NCBI GenBank assembly: GCA_050954595.1
Contig: JBPBQE010000214.1
Location: 768-64,767 of the forward strand
Length of the DNA stretch: 64,000 nt
Origin: Janthinobacterium lividum
GTDB lineage: Bacteria > Pseudomonadota > Alphaproteobacteria > Acetobacterales > Acetobacteraceae
Reading direction: 5' to 3'
Both the position numbers and the translations under genes were made by a program. A model generated the notes under the pieces. It was not told the origin of the DNA, did not search any database, and saw nothing but the letters and a program-made list of their open reading frames with translations. Numbering within the stretch: the first letter of the stretch is position 1; every line of letters starts with the position of its first letter. Shown in pieces: positions 41,402 through 52,978 of the stretch.

Positions 41402-42364
41402 TCAGGCCGCCATCACTCGGATCGGCAAGCCCGCCAGAAAGGCGAGGATGTTCTCGATGCTCTCGCCGTAGAACTGCCGGAACGTATCGGTCGTGCCGTA
41501 GCCGAGATGCGGCGACAACACGGTGTTCGGCGCCGTCCGGATCGGATCGTCGGCCGGCAGCGGCTCCTGCTCGTAGACGTCTAGCGCCGCGCTAATCCGC
41601 CCGGCATGCAATGCTTCCAGCAACGCCGTCCCGTCGATCAGGCCAGCCCGCGACGTGTTGACCAGCAGCGCACCGGGCTTCATCTGCTCGATCTCCGCCG
41701 CTCCGATCAGCCCCCGCGACCCGGCCGATAATGGCACATGTAGCGTCACCACATCCGCCTCCGCCAGCAACGCCGCCTTGCTCGCCGCCAGCCGCGCTCC
41801 GCCCGCAGCCGCCGTCGCCTCGTCCAGGCTACGGCTCCAGGCAATCACCTTCATCTCCAGGGCCGCCGCATAGCGCGCCATCCGGCCGCCGATCTTGCCG
41901 AGCCCGATGATCCCCAGCGTCTTGCCAACCAAGACCGGCCCGACCTCGACACCATCCTGGAACCGCCCGGCCCGGATCGCCGCATCGCCCGTGACGATCC
42001 CTCGCGAGGCCGCAATCATCAGCCCGAGCGTCAACTCGGCCGTACCCACGCTCGATACCGTCCCGCCCGTGGTCGAGATCACGATGCCCGCTTTGGCACA
42101 CGCAGCCGTGTCCAGCGACGGCGAGCGCGCGCCCGTCAGCGCGATCATCCGCAGCTTCGGCAGCCGCCCGATGAGGCTGGCGGGAAACGGCGTCCGCTCT
42201 CGCATCAACAACAGGATGTCGAAATCCGCCAATTGCCGCGCCGCATCGTCCTCGTCGGCGAATGCGCCGGGGAACACGACAATCTCGGCCTTTGCCTCCA
42301 GCCCGGACCAATCCGCGCTCGACCGCGCCACGCCTTGCCAATCGTCTAGAACGCCAACGCGCAT
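41402..42364 (-). CDS. D-isomer-specific 2-hydroxyacid dehydrogenase
   Basis: 320 aa. GIIGLGKIGGRMA NAD fold, NTSRAGLID and SPHLGYGT catalytic region. The start codon directly abuts the upstream permease's stop. Confidence 0.85.
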   Translation of the reverse strand: MRVGVLDDWQGVARSSADWSGLEAKAEIVVFPGAFADEDDAARQLADFDILLLMRERTPFPASLIGRLPKLRMIALTGARSPSLDTAACAKAGIVISTTGGTVSSVGTAELTLGLMIAASRGIVTGDAAIRAGRFQDGVEVGPVLVGKTLGIIGLGKIGGRMARYAAALEMKVIAWSRSLDEATAAAGGARLAASKAALLAEADVVTLHVPLSAGSRGLIGAAEIEQMKPGALLVNTSRAGLIDGTALLEALHAGRISAALDVYEQEPLPADDPIRTAPNTVLSPHLGYGTTDTFRQFYGESIENILAFLAGLPIRVMAA

Positions 42365-43219
42365 CTAACGTCTCCGTGGGTCCAGCGCGTCGCGCAGCCC
42401 ATCGCCAATCAGGTTGAAGGAAATCACGGCCAGGAAGATGGCCAGGCCCGGAAAGATCGCCAGCCACGGCGCCTGCGTCAGGAAGCGCTGCGCCGAGTTG
42501 AGCATGCTGCCCCAGCTCGGGGCCGGCGGCTGCTGTCCGAGACCTAGGAACGACAGGCTGGCCTCCGCGATGATCGCCGCCGCAATCGCCAACGACGCCT
42601 GCACCAGCACGGGCGGCACGATGTTGGGCAATACATGTCGGAGTGCGACTCGCCAGGGCGGGTTGCCCAGGGCACGCGCGGCCTCGACATACTCGTTGGT
42701 GGCCGCGTCCATCGTCGCCCCGCGCGCCACCCGCACGAAGATTGGCGCCGCACTCACCCCGATGGCGATCATCGCATTGCTGAGCGCCGGCCCTAGGAAC
42801 GCCGCAAGCGCAATCGCCAGGATCAGGAACGGGCAGGACAGCATGGCATCCACCACCCGCCCGATTACCGCATCCGTCACCCCGCCCACGAACCCGGCCA
42901 GCAACCCCAGCGGTACCCCGATGCCCGCCGCGATCAACACCGACACCACGCCCGCCAGCAAGGACGCCCGCGCGCCGAACAATACGCGCGCGAACACGTC
43001 CCGCCCGTTCTCGTCCGTGCCCATCCAGTGCGCCAGCGACGGCGCCTTGCGGATCAGCGTCCAGCTGGTCTTGTCCGGGTCGTATTGCGCGATCAGCGGC
43101 GCAAACACCGCCACCAACACGAACAAGATGATCACGATCAGCCCGGCCACCGCCGCCGGACGACCGCGAAACCGCTGCATCGCCAGACGCGCCGGGCTGC
43201 GCACCAGAACGCCGCTCAT
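42365..43219 (-). CDS. ABC transporter permease, DppC/OppC type
   Basis: 284 aa from MSGVLVRSP, with MGTDENGRDVFARVLFGAR and EAA-loop EYVEAARALG. The remaining 259 N-terminal codons of ORF 42365-43996 overlap the next gene in another frame and are discounted. Confidence 0.85.
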   Translation of the reverse strand: MSGVLVRSPARLAMQRFRGRPAAVAGLIVIILFVLVAVFAPLIAQYDPDKTSWTLIRKAPSLAHWMGTDENGRDVFARVLFGARASLLAGVVSVLIAAGIGVPLGLLAGFVGGVTDAVIGRVVDAMLSCPFLILAIALAAFLGPALSNAMIAIGVSAAPIFVRVARGATMDAATNEYVEAARALGNPPWRVALRHVLPNIVPPVLVQASLAIAAAIIAEASLSFLGLGQQPPAPSWGSMLNSAQRFLTQAPWLAIFPGLAIFLAVISFNLIGDGLRDALDPRRR

Positions 43220-44163
43220 GCCGTGCGCAGCCGCGGGTTGATCAGCACGTAGAGTACGTCCGCCAACAGGTTCAGCAGGATGAACAGGCAAGATGTGACC
43301 AGCACGACGCCCTGCACCACTGGGTAATCGCGGTTGAACACCGCATCCACCACCAGCTTGCCGAAGCCCGGGATGCTGAACACCTGCTCGGTCAGCACCG
43401 CACCCGACATCAACGTCCCGAACTCGAGCGCCCCCAGCGTCACCACCGGCACCAGCGCGTTCCGGAACGCGTGCTTCACCACGACAATGAACTCGCCCAG
43501 CCCCTTGGCCCGCGCCGTGCGCACGTAATCCTGGTCCAACACGGTCAGCATCGCACTGCGCGTATGCCGCATCAGCACCGCCGCGATCGCGTTGCCAAGC
43601 ACAAAGGCCGGCATGATCGTGGTGGCCAGCGATTGCCGCCAATCCTCGGTCAGCGGCACGTAGCCCGATGGCGGTAGCCAGCCGAGTTGCACCGAGACCA
43701 GGAGGATCAGCATGATCCCGAGCCAGAAATTCGGCGTGCTCAGCCCGGCCAGACCCACCAAGTTGACCACGTAATCCCACACCGTATTGCGATACACCGC
43801 CGCCAACACCCCGGCCGGCACCCCGATGCACAACGCGATGACGAATGCCATCGAGGCGAGTTGTAGCGTGACGGGCAGCTTTTGCAGGATCAGCGACAAC
43901 ACGGGTTCGTTGATACGCCAGGAATGCCCGAGATCGCCGTGCAACACGCCACCGATCCAGTGGAAGTATTGGATCGGCAACGGCCGGTCGAGCCACAGCT
44001 CGGCGCGGATTTGCGCCATGATGGCGGGGTCGCCGCGATACTCGCCCGCCAGCACCGCTGCCGGGTCGCCGGGCATGATCTGCTGCAATGAAAACACGAG
44101 GATGCTCACGAGCAGGATGGTCGGGACAACCTGCAACACCCGCGCCCCGAGATGGCTTCGCAT
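43216..44163 (-). CDS. ABC transporter permease, DppB/OppB type
   Basis: 315 aa from MRSHLGARVLQVVPT, with GDPAAVLAG and DYVRTARAKGL. ATGA overlap with the downstream permease. Confidence 0.85.
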   Translation of the reverse strand: MRSHLGARVLQVVPTILLVSILVFSLQQIMPGDPAAVLAGEYRGDPAIMAQIRAELWLDRPLPIQYFHWIGGVLHGDLGHSWRINEPVLSLILQKLPVTLQLASMAFVIALCIGVPAGVLAAVYRNTVWDYVVNLVGLAGLSTPNFWLGIMLILLVSVQLGWLPPSGYVPLTEDWRQSLATTIMPAFVLGNAIAAVLMRHTRSAMLTVLDQDYVRTARAKGLGEFIVVVKHAFRNALVPVVTLGALEFGTLMSGAVLTEQVFSIPGFGKLVVDAVFNRDYPVVQGVVLVTSCLFILLNLLADVLYVLINPRLRTA

Positions 44164-44165
44164 CG

Positions 44166-45665
44166 CTATTTGGCCAAGCTGACGCCCTGCAACCGGATCA
44201 TGCCGTCCGGCACCTGCTTGAAGCCCTGCACGGCCGCACGCATGCCCACAATGATCTTGGGATACCAGAGATACATCCGCGGCAGATCCTGCGTCTCCTG
44301 TTGATACATCTGCGCATAAAGCTCGCGGCGTTGGTTCACGTCCGAGGTTGCCCGGGCAGCTTCCAGCTTCTCGTCCACGATCGCATTGGAATACTTCGGA
44401 TCGTTCAGCGCTCCGCCCGTATGCAGAAAGGTGTAAAGGTTGCCGTCCGGATCGACCCGGCCGGACCATGCGGTCAGGAACGCCTCGAAATCACCGCTCG
44501 ACGCCGCATTCAGCGCTGAGGCATACTCGGTCGCGGTGATCTGGACGTCGAAGCCGGCTTCGCCCGCCATGGACTGGATCACTTCCCCGACCTGCCTGAG
44601 ATCCGGATTGTTCGGCACGGTCAAGCGGACCACGACCGGCAATCTGACCCCGGCTGCCTTCAGCAGCGCCTTGGCCGCGTCGACGTCGCGCGGTTGCGGC
44701 TTCAATGTTGCCACATGCATGGGGCTGGCTGGCGTGATGCCCTGCGCGGCCGGCGCGTACAAGCCGTTGAAGACGACTTGGATCAACGCCTCGCGGTCGA
44801 TCGCGAGTTCGAATGCTCGTCGAACCCGGGCATCCTTTCCGATGGGCGACATCGCCCGCGCGCCGTTGCCGACGTTGAATTCGATTTCCTGATACTGGAG
44901 CGAGTCCGTCATCGCCAGTTTAAGCTTGGGATCTTTTTTCACCGCATCGACGTCGGTCGGGATGATGTATTCGACCAAATCGGTGCTGCCGGCCTGCAGG
45001 TTGGCGAGCCGGATCGAGCTGTCGGGGATGACCTGATACGTGACCCGGTCCAGATGGATGTTGGCCGCGTTCCAATATTTCGGGAAACGCTCGAGCGTGA
45101 TGTGGTCCAGGGGCACGCGCTCGACGAAGCTGAATGGCCCGGCGCAGACCGGCTTGAGCTGAAAATTCTTGCCCGCCGCTTCGGCAGCCGTGGGCGAGAT
45201 GATCATGCCCGAGCGATCCGTCAGTTGCGCCAGGAACGGCGAGGACGGCTCCTTGAGCACGATCTTGACCGTCAACGGATCGACCACGTCGACATGGTCC
45301 ATGGCGTTGATCTCGGAACGCCGGAAGCTGCCCGGCATCGTCAGGCTGCGCATCAGCGAATATTTGACCGCCTCGGCATCCATCTTGGTGCCGTCCTGGA
45401 ACAACACGCCGTCGCGCAGCTTGACCACCAGCGTCTTCGGATCGGTCCACTCGTAGCCGGTCGCCAGTTGCGGCACGATCTCCAGCTTTTCGTTGATGTC
45501 GAACAGCTTGTCGCACATGCCGGCGAACACGATTCGGCTGACATAAGTGCGGGCGAGCGCCGGGTCGAGGCTGTCGGGATCTTCGCGCATCGTGATGCGG
45601 AACGGCTGCGCGATGGCGGATGTCGCCACCGTGGCAAGGATAGCGGCCAGGGCAAGACGACGCAT
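44166..45665 (-). CDS. ABC transporter substrate-binding protein, family 5 (peptide/nickel/opine type)
   Basis: 499 aa. Signal peptide MRRLALAAILATVATSAIAQ. Family-5 pattern DPDSLDPA...F..KLRDGVLFQDGT. Confidence 0.85.
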   Translation of the reverse strand: MRRLALAAILATVATSAIAQPFRITMREDPDSLDPALARTYVSRIVFAGMCDKLFDINEKLEIVPQLATGYEWTDPKTLVVKLRDGVLFQDGTKMDAEAVKYSLMRSLTMPGSFRRSEINAMDHVDVVDPLTVKIVLKEPSSPFLAQLTDRSGMIISPTAAEAAGKNFQLKPVCAGPFSFVERVPLDHITLERFPKYWNAANIHLDRVTYQVIPDSSIRLANLQAGSTDLVEYIIPTDVDAVKKDPKLKLAMTDSLQYQEIEFNVGNGARAMSPIGKDARVRRAFELAIDREALIQVVFNGLYAPAAQGITPASPMHVATLKPQPRDVDAAKALLKAAGVRLPVVVRLTVPNNPDLRQVGEVIQSMAGEAGFDVQITATEYASALNAASSGDFEAFLTAWSGRVDPDGNLYTFLHTGGALNDPKYSNAIVDEKLEAARATSDVNQRRELYAQMYQQETQDLPRMYLWYPKIIVGMRAAVQGFKQVPDGMIRLQGVSLAK

Positions 45666-45849
45666 GAAGGCAACCTACGAATTGGAAAAATCCAGATTGC
45701 CGCCCCAACGCCGGGCTGGCAAGCACGTCTGCTGAGACATGAGAACAAATAGTGTACACGGACATGTGTTGCGGAGATTTAGGTCGATAATCCTACCGAT
45801 GTCGCATTGACGATGCCGCCTCCCGGCGCCGTCTCAAAAGGAGCGCGAC

Positions 45850-46644
45850 ATGAGCGGACTACGACACACACTGGTCCTCGTTACCCTCTCCCTTGCCACA
45901 CTTGCGGCTGCCTTCTACGGCCCCGCCCACGGTAGCCCCGACCCGGCCATCATGCTGACGGTGATGGTCGCCGCCCTGCTCGCCAGCATCGCCGGCCTCG
46001 CCTTTTCGGCGATCGGCGGATCGATCCTGTCGCATGCTCTCGACGACCCCATCCGCGTGCTGCTGCTGCTGACCGTGTGTAGCCTGGCCAACCAGATCGT
46101 TACGGTGTGGTCCTTGCGGCGGACCATCGCCTGGCGCGGGCTGGGGGGTCTCGTCGTTGGTGGCATCGCTGGCATTGCGCCGGGTCTTTGGGCCCTGATC
46201 CACGTCGATCATCGCGTCGTGGCGCAAGGAATCGGCATCGTCCTGTTCGCCTACGCCGGCAATCTGGTGGTCGGATGCTTGCCGCGACTGACTACCGAGT
46301 CTCGCTGGGCCGACGCCGCCGTCGGGCTCACCGCGGGTGCCATCGGCGTCGTCGCCGCGCTTCCGTCGCTACCGGTGACGGTTTGGTGCCAAGCACGCGG
46401 GCTGCAAAAGGATGCGCTCCGGGCGACGGTGCAGCCCTTCATCCTGGCGATGCAGATCGTCACGCTACCGTTCATCGTCAACGCCGCGCCGCATGCGATA
46501 GGGCCGGCCGACCTGCTCTGCATCCCGGCCGGACTTCTCGGCACCCATATCGGCCTCGGCTGCGCCAGCGGGCTGTCCAACCGGCAATTCACGGTGGCGG
46601 TCGCCTGCCTCCTGAGCGTCTGCGGCGTGAGCTTCCTGCTTTAA
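45850..46644 (+). CDS. TauE/SafE-family (DUF81) anion-exporter-like membrane protein
   Basis: 264 aa with 7-8 predicted TM segments and an internally duplicated Gly-rich helix pattern. AAAGGAG Shine-Dalgarno. The family call is from overall pattern only. Confidence 0.55.
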   Translation: MSGLRHTLVLVTLSLATLAAAFYGPAHGSPDPAIMLTVMVAALLASIAGLAFSAIGGSILSHALDDPIRVLLLLTVCSLANQIVTVWSLRRTIAWRGLGGLVVGGIAGIAPGLWALIHVDHRVVAQGIGIVLFAYAGNLVVGCLPRLTTESRWADAAVGLTAGAIGVVAALPSLPVTVWCQARGLQKDALRATVQPFILAMQIVTLPFIVNAAPHAIGPADLLCIPAGLLGTHIGLGCASGLSNRQFTVAVACLLSVCGVSFLL

Positions 46645-46678
46645 CCGCCTGTTCACCTCTCGCAGTCATCATGGGGCG

Positions 46679-48454
46679 GTGAGTTCAAACACCGCCTTCA
46701 TCCCGCTCCTGCTCGGCGCCGTGGCCGACCAGGAGGCTGGCCGCCTCGACCAAGCCTTCTCCGGCTTCGCTGAAGTGTTGGCGCTCGAGCCCGATCAGCC
46801 ACAAGCCCTTCTGTTCGCCGGCGTCGTCGCCCTGCGGCTGGGCAAGGCCGGCCGTGCGGTTCCGTTGCTGGAGCGTGCGGTCGCGGTCCGCCCGACGACC
46901 GCCGAGACACATTTCGCCCTCGGCAACGCGCTATGGGCGACCAACCAGCGCAGTACGGCGCGCGCCTCGTGGCAGCACGCGATCCGGTTCGATGCCAAAC
47001 ACGTCGGCGCTCTCCTGAACCTCGCTCAGGCGCAGGAGCGATCCGGTGAGGCCGAACTCGCCGTCGCCAATTGTCGTGCCGCAGTCGCGGCCAAGCCGGG
47101 ACACGCACAACCCTGGGCGGCGCTCTCCAGCGCCTTGCGCGCAGCCAACCGCCCGGCCGAGGCGCTCGAGGCTGCAGATACCGCGCTTCGCGCCGATCCC
47201 GGCTTCGGCATGGCTCACCATCAGCGCGGCATGGCGCTCAAGCTGCTCGACCGCTCTGCCGAAGCGACCGATGCATTGCGCCAGGCCATCGCTCACTCAC
47301 CTGGCTTGGCCGCAAGCCACCTCAACCTCGCCAACCTGCTCCACGACGCCGGAGATCTCGCCGGTGCCGAGCAACGGTGCCGCACCGCGATAGCGTTGGA
47401 CCCCGAGATGGCCGAGGCGCACACCGTGCTCGGTTTCCTGCTGACGCAGCGATGTGACCTGCCAGGCGCAGTTGCCGCGTGCGAAACAGCCATCGCCATC
47501 AGCCCGGACCTGACCGAAGCGCATTGCAACCTGGGTATCGCGCTGTTGACCGCCGGCGACCTTCCCGCCGGGTTCGCGCAATATGAATGGCGCAAACGAC
47601 ACTCCAGCGCCGGCCGGGACTACTATCGGCAAGCCTATCCCGAATGGCTGGGGCAGCCGCTAGACGGCAAGCGGATCCTCATCGTGGCCGAGCAAGGCCT
47701 CGGCGACGCCATCATGTTCGCCCGTTATGCCAGTGACCTCGCTGCGCGCGGCGGAGATGTCACCATCGCCTGCGACCGCCGGCTCGTTTCGTTGCTGAGC
47801 ACCGCACCGGACGTGAGCCAGGCAATTCCGAAAACGCGCGCGATGCCGGGCTTCGACTTCTGGATCGATCAGATGAGCCTGCCGCTCATCTGCCAGACGA
47901 CGCTCGACACCGTTCCCTGCCCCACCGCCTACCTTGCAGCGGACCCACGTCGAAATGGAATGTGGTCTCTGCGTCTTGGCCTGCCCGAGCGGGGCCATCG
48001 GGTCGGCCTGGTCTGGGCTGGCAACCCGTCGCACACCAACGATGCCAATCGATCCTGCCCACCGAGCCTTTTCCGCTCGGTCCTGGCTGTTCCCGACATC
48101 GTCGGCGTCAGCCTCCAGGTCGGGCCGAATGCCGCCGATGCCGCATCGCTCGGGCTGCACGACTGGTCGCCCGATCTGACGGACTATGCCGAAACGGCGG
48201 CCCTGATCGCCAACCTCGACCTGGTCATCACCGTGGATACCAGCGTCGCCCACCTTGCCGCCGCCATGGGCAAACCGACCTGGATCATGCTGCCGTTCTG
48301 CCCCGAATGGCGCTGGCTCCACGGGCGGGCCGATACACCCTGGTATGACAGCGTCCGCCTGTTTCGGCAGCCAACACCCGGCGATTGGGACAGCGTTCGT
48401 GACGAGATCGTCGCCGCGCTTCGATCAACGACGGGCTCAACGCCAGCGCAGTAA
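46679..48454 (+). CDS. TPR-repeat protein with a C-terminal GT9 (heptosyltransferase-like) domain
   Basis: 591 aa. About 8 TPR units (e.g. AEAHTVLGFLL, TEAHCNLGIAL), then ILIVAEQGLGDAIMFARY...VDTSVAHLAAAMGKPTWIML, typical of GT9-like folds. GTG start. Confidence 0.7.
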   Translation: MSSNTAFIPLLLGAVADQEAGRLDQAFSGFAEVLALEPDQPQALLFAGVVALRLGKAGRAVPLLERAVAVRPTTAETHFALGNALWATNQRSTARASWQHAIRFDAKHVGALLNLAQAQERSGEAELAVANCRAAVAAKPGHAQPWAALSSALRAANRPAEALEAADTALRADPGFGMAHHQRGMALKLLDRSAEATDALRQAIAHSPGLAASHLNLANLLHDAGDLAGAEQRCRTAIALDPEMAEAHTVLGFLLTQRCDLPGAVAACETAIAISPDLTEAHCNLGIALLTAGDLPAGFAQYEWRKRHSSAGRDYYRQAYPEWLGQPLDGKRILIVAEQGLGDAIMFARYASDLAARGGDVTIACDRRLVSLLSTAPDVSQAIPKTRAMPGFDFWIDQMSLPLICQTTLDTVPCPTAYLAADPRRNGMWSLRLGLPERGHRVGLVWAGNPSHTNDANRSCPPSLFRSVLAVPDIVGVSLQVGPNAADAASLGLHDWSPDLTDYAETAALIANLDLVITVDTSVAHLAAAMGKPTWIMLPFCPEWRWLHGRADTPWYDSVRLFRQPTPGDWDSVRDEIVAALRSTTGSTPAQ

Positions 48455-49228
48455 CACGCGCTCTAGCATCCCGAGTAGCCACGCCACCGTCAGCCCCAAA
48501 AGCGACAGCACCACGATCCCGGCCAACAAATTATCCGTATCGTAGAGATTGCCCGCCTGTAGCACGAACGCCCCGATACCCCGTTCCGCCCCGATCATCT
48601 CGGCCGCCACCAACAGGATGATCGCGATCGAACTGGTGACCCGAAACCCCGAGATGATCGCCGGCGCCGCCCCCGGCAGCAGGATGCGCCACACGATCGC
48701 CATCCGGGATAGCCCGAACGCCTGCCCCATCCGCACCAGCCCGCGCGGCACCGCATCGACCCCAGCTGCCGTGTTGATCACCGTGGGGAAGAACACGCCG
48801 AACCCCAGCGTCGCGATCTTCGAGCCCTCGCCGATCCCGAACCAGATGATGAATAGCGGCACTAGCGCAATCTTCGGGATCGGGAACAGCGCTGACACCA
48901 CTGCCATGCCCGGCGAGCGCGCCCACACCGCGATCCCCACCAGGAACCCTACGGCGATCCCGAACACCGTCCCGAGCGACCACCCGATCGCCAATCGGCT
49001 CAACGACGCCCCGAGATGCCTCCACAACTCCCCGCTGCGCGCGAGTTGAACCAGCGCCGTGCCGATCGCGACCGGTGCCGGCAGGAACTGCGTCGAGATC
49101 ACCCCCTCGCTCGCCCCCAGTTGCCACAACAGTACCAGCGCGATCAGCGTCCCCGCCCCTGCCGCCGGGATCGACCGCGGCGCGAACCCGCGCGCCCGAA
49201 ACGGCACCGGCCCCGAGATCTCAGGCAT
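48437..49228 (-). CDS. ABC transporter permease, NitT/TauT (sulfonate/nitrate/taurine) family
   Basis: Six TM segments ending LERVLLRWR. ATG 49228 overlaps the ATPase stop by 8 nt. Confidence 0.8.
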   Translation of the reverse strand: MPEISGPVPFRARGFAPRSIPAAGAGTLIALVLLWQLGASEGVISTQFLPAPVAIGTALVQLARSGELWRHLGASLSRLAIGWSLGTVFGIAVGFLVGIAVWARSPGMAVVSALFPIPKIALVPLFIIWFGIGEGSKIATLGFGVFFPTVINTAAGVDAVPRGLVRMGQAFGLSRMAIVWRILLPGAAPAIISGFRVTSSIAIILLVAAEMIGAERGIGAFVLQAGNLYDTDNLLAGIVVLSLLGLTVAWLLGMLERVLLRWR

Positions 49229-49997
49229 GCACCTTCTCCCGCGCTGCCGCCGCCGCATCGTCGCGGATCAGCGCCCACAACCGCGCTTGCACCTCCAGCA
49301 ACGCCGGGTCCGCCTCGTCACGCCCGGTCAGCGGCCGATCGATCGTCACGATCTCCTTGATCCGCCCCGGCCGTCGCGACAGCACCACGATCTGATGCCC
49401 CAGCCGCACCGCCTCGTTGAGGTTGTGCGTGACATACACCGTCGTCGTGCCCAGCCGCTCGATCAGCCCGGCGAACTCGTCCAGCAACAACGCCCGCGTC
49501 TGCGCGTCCAACGCCGAGAGCGGCTCGTCCATCAGCAAACACGCCGGCCGCACCGCCAGGGCCCGCGCGATCCCCACGCGTTGCCGCATCCCACCCGACA
49601 ATTCCTTCGGCCACGCTGCCGCAAAGGCTTCCAGCCCGGTCACCGCCAACACCTCGCGCACTCGCTCCTGCCGTTCGGCGCGCGACAACCGCCCCAATAC
49701 CAGCGCGACGTTCGCCGCCACGTTGCGCCACGGCAGCAGCGCGAAATCCTGGAACACCGGCGTCATGACGTTGAGGCAGTCATCGGCCACATGCCCCTCG
49801 AGCATGACCCGGCCGCGATCCGGCCGGATCAACCCGCCCACGATCCCCAGCAAGGTGCTCTTGCCGCATCCGGACGGCCCCACCAACACCAGCACGCGCC
49901 CGGGCTCGGCCACCAGGTCGATCCCATCCAGCACCTCGAGCCCGCCGTAGCGATGCGCCACGCCCTCGATCGAGATGCGCAGCCGCGACCCGGTCAA
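49221..49997 (-). CDS. ABC transporter ATP-binding protein, NitT/TauT family
   Basis: 258 aa. GPSGCGKSTLL, LSGGMRQRVGIARAL, LLMDEPLSALD. The TTG start overlaps the binding-protein stop (TTGA). Confidence 0.85.
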   Translation of the reverse strand: MTGSRLRISIEGVAHRYGGLEVLDGIDLVAEPGRVLVLVGPSGCGKSTLLGIVGGLIRPDRGRVMLEGHVADDCLNVMTPVFQDFALLPWRNVAANVALVLGRLSRAERQERVREVLAVTGLEAFAAAWPKELSGGMRQRVGIARALAVRPACLLMDEPLSALDAQTRALLLDEFAGLIERLGTTTVYVTHNLNEAVRLGHQIVVLSRRPGRIKEIVTIDRPLTGRDEADPALLEVQARLWALIRDDAAAAAREKVHA

Positions 49998-50998
49998 GGC
50001 AGCGCCGGCAGGAAGCGCGTATCGATCAACTCCCCCGCCGTCGCGACGGCCTTGACCAGGCCCTGTTCGACGAACCAGCGCTGCTGCGCCTCGACGTCGC
50101 GAACATCGAGCGCGCCATCGGCATCATAGTAGCCGATCCCATCCAGGATCTTCTGCGGGGCCACCGGGTCACCGGTGAAGATGTATTTCTCGATGTCGGC
50201 GATCGCGGCCTCCGTCTGCGCGTCCCGCACCGGCGCACCGCCGGCATCCCGGCGCAGAAAGGCGGCTCGATAATCCGCGACACCGTGCTTGTACGCCGCG
50301 GCAAAACGCTGCAGCGCATCGGCATGATCGGCCGTCATCCGGCTCGGCGCGAACACGGCCGTGATTTGATACGGAACCAGATCGCCTACCCAGCCGATGA
50401 TCTTGGCCTGCCCGCTGGCATCGAGCGGCTTGGCCTGTGACGCGATCGCCATGGTGGCATCGATCTGCCCGGTGCGCACGGCGGCGATCATGTTGCCGAT
50501 CGTCTGTAGCGGCCGCAGCGTGATCGCCGTCAGCGGGATGTCCTCGTGCCCGGCGATCCGCCCGACCATGTAGTGGAACGACGAGCCGAACTGCGTAATG
50601 CCCATACTGTGCCCGGCCAATTTCGCCGGCGAGGTCAGCCCGGCCTGGAACGCCGCATTCGAGGCCAGCAACGCCGTGCCCTCGAAGCCCTTCTCTTCGT
50701 GCAATCCGCCGCCGATCACCTTCAGCGCCCCGCGTCCGGCCAGGTTGAAGAATCCGCCGGTCAGGGCCGTGATGCCGACGTCGATGTCGCCCGACACCGC
50801 CGCCGCGGCGATCGGCTGTGCGGCCTCGAAGAACTTGAACTGCGCATCCATCCCTTCCTGGGCGAAGTAACCGCGCGCCATCGCCAGATAGAGCGGCGCC
50901 GGCGACAGCGTGTGAAGCAGGCCGATCCGCATCGTCTCGGCCGCCGCCGCTCCCCCTCCGAGCGTCGATAAAAGCAGCAGCGTTACGATCGCCCGCAT
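49994..50998 (-). CDS. ABC transporter substrate-binding protein, NMT1/THI5-SsuA-like
   Basis: Signal peptide MRAIVTLLLLSTLGGGAAAAE, then IGLL....PLYLA. Start taken at ATG 50998. The longer ORF to 51133 is discounted. Confidence 0.7.
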   Translation of the reverse strand: MRAIVTLLLLSTLGGGAAAAETMRIGLLHTLSPAPLYLAMARGYFAQEGMDAQFKFFEAAQPIAAAAVSGDIDVGITALTGGFFNLAGRGALKVIGGGLHEEKGFEGTALLASNAAFQAGLTSPAKLAGHSMGITQFGSSFHYMVGRIAGHEDIPLTAITLRPLQTIGNMIAAVRTGQIDATMAIASQAKPLDASGQAKIIGWVGDLVPYQITAVFAPSRMTADHADALQRFAAAYKHGVADYRAAFLRRDAGGAPVRDAQTEAAIADIEKYIFTGDPVAPQKILDGIGYYDADGALDVRDVEAQQRWFVEQGLVKAVATAGELIDTRFLPALP

Positions 50999-51097
50999 GG
51001 TCGTCTCCCTCCCAAGAGCCTGGTCCATGACATACACCAAGCGGGTTTGACAGCGGCGGTGGTTGCATCCCCGGCCATCGCTGCCCATACCCGGCGC

Positions 51098-52891
<1,794 letters not shown>

Positions 52892-52978
52892 GCCGTTTGG
52901 GCTTCCTTGCGCTGTGTAGCAGCGGCCCGCATACAGCGACGCAAGCTGGCGGCGCGCCAGGCGCAAGGGAGAGATGGC

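Noticed and set aside
43220-43996. N-terminal 259 codons of ORF 42365-43996 (which would give a 543-aa permease)
   Set aside because: This part overlaps the DppB-like gene in another frame and is Arg/Gly-rich. The DppC-like protein starts cleanly at ATG 43219 (MSGVLVRSP) with an ATGA junction.
50999-51097. TPP riboswitch upstream of the NMT1/THI5-like binding-protein gene
   Set aside because: The spacer is only 99 nt and lacks the conserved CUGAGA and ACCUGAUCUGGAUAAUGCCAGCG-like elements on the minus strand.
52892-52978. Glycine riboswitch or other leader upstream of glcB
   Set aside because: The 87-nt spacer is too short for a glycine aptamer and lacks its conserved GGAGAG...ACCGAAGGGGCAA cores. 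It contains only an imperfect hairpin (CTTGCGCTGT / ACAGCgacGCAAG), which is more simply the end of the ABC-F transcript.
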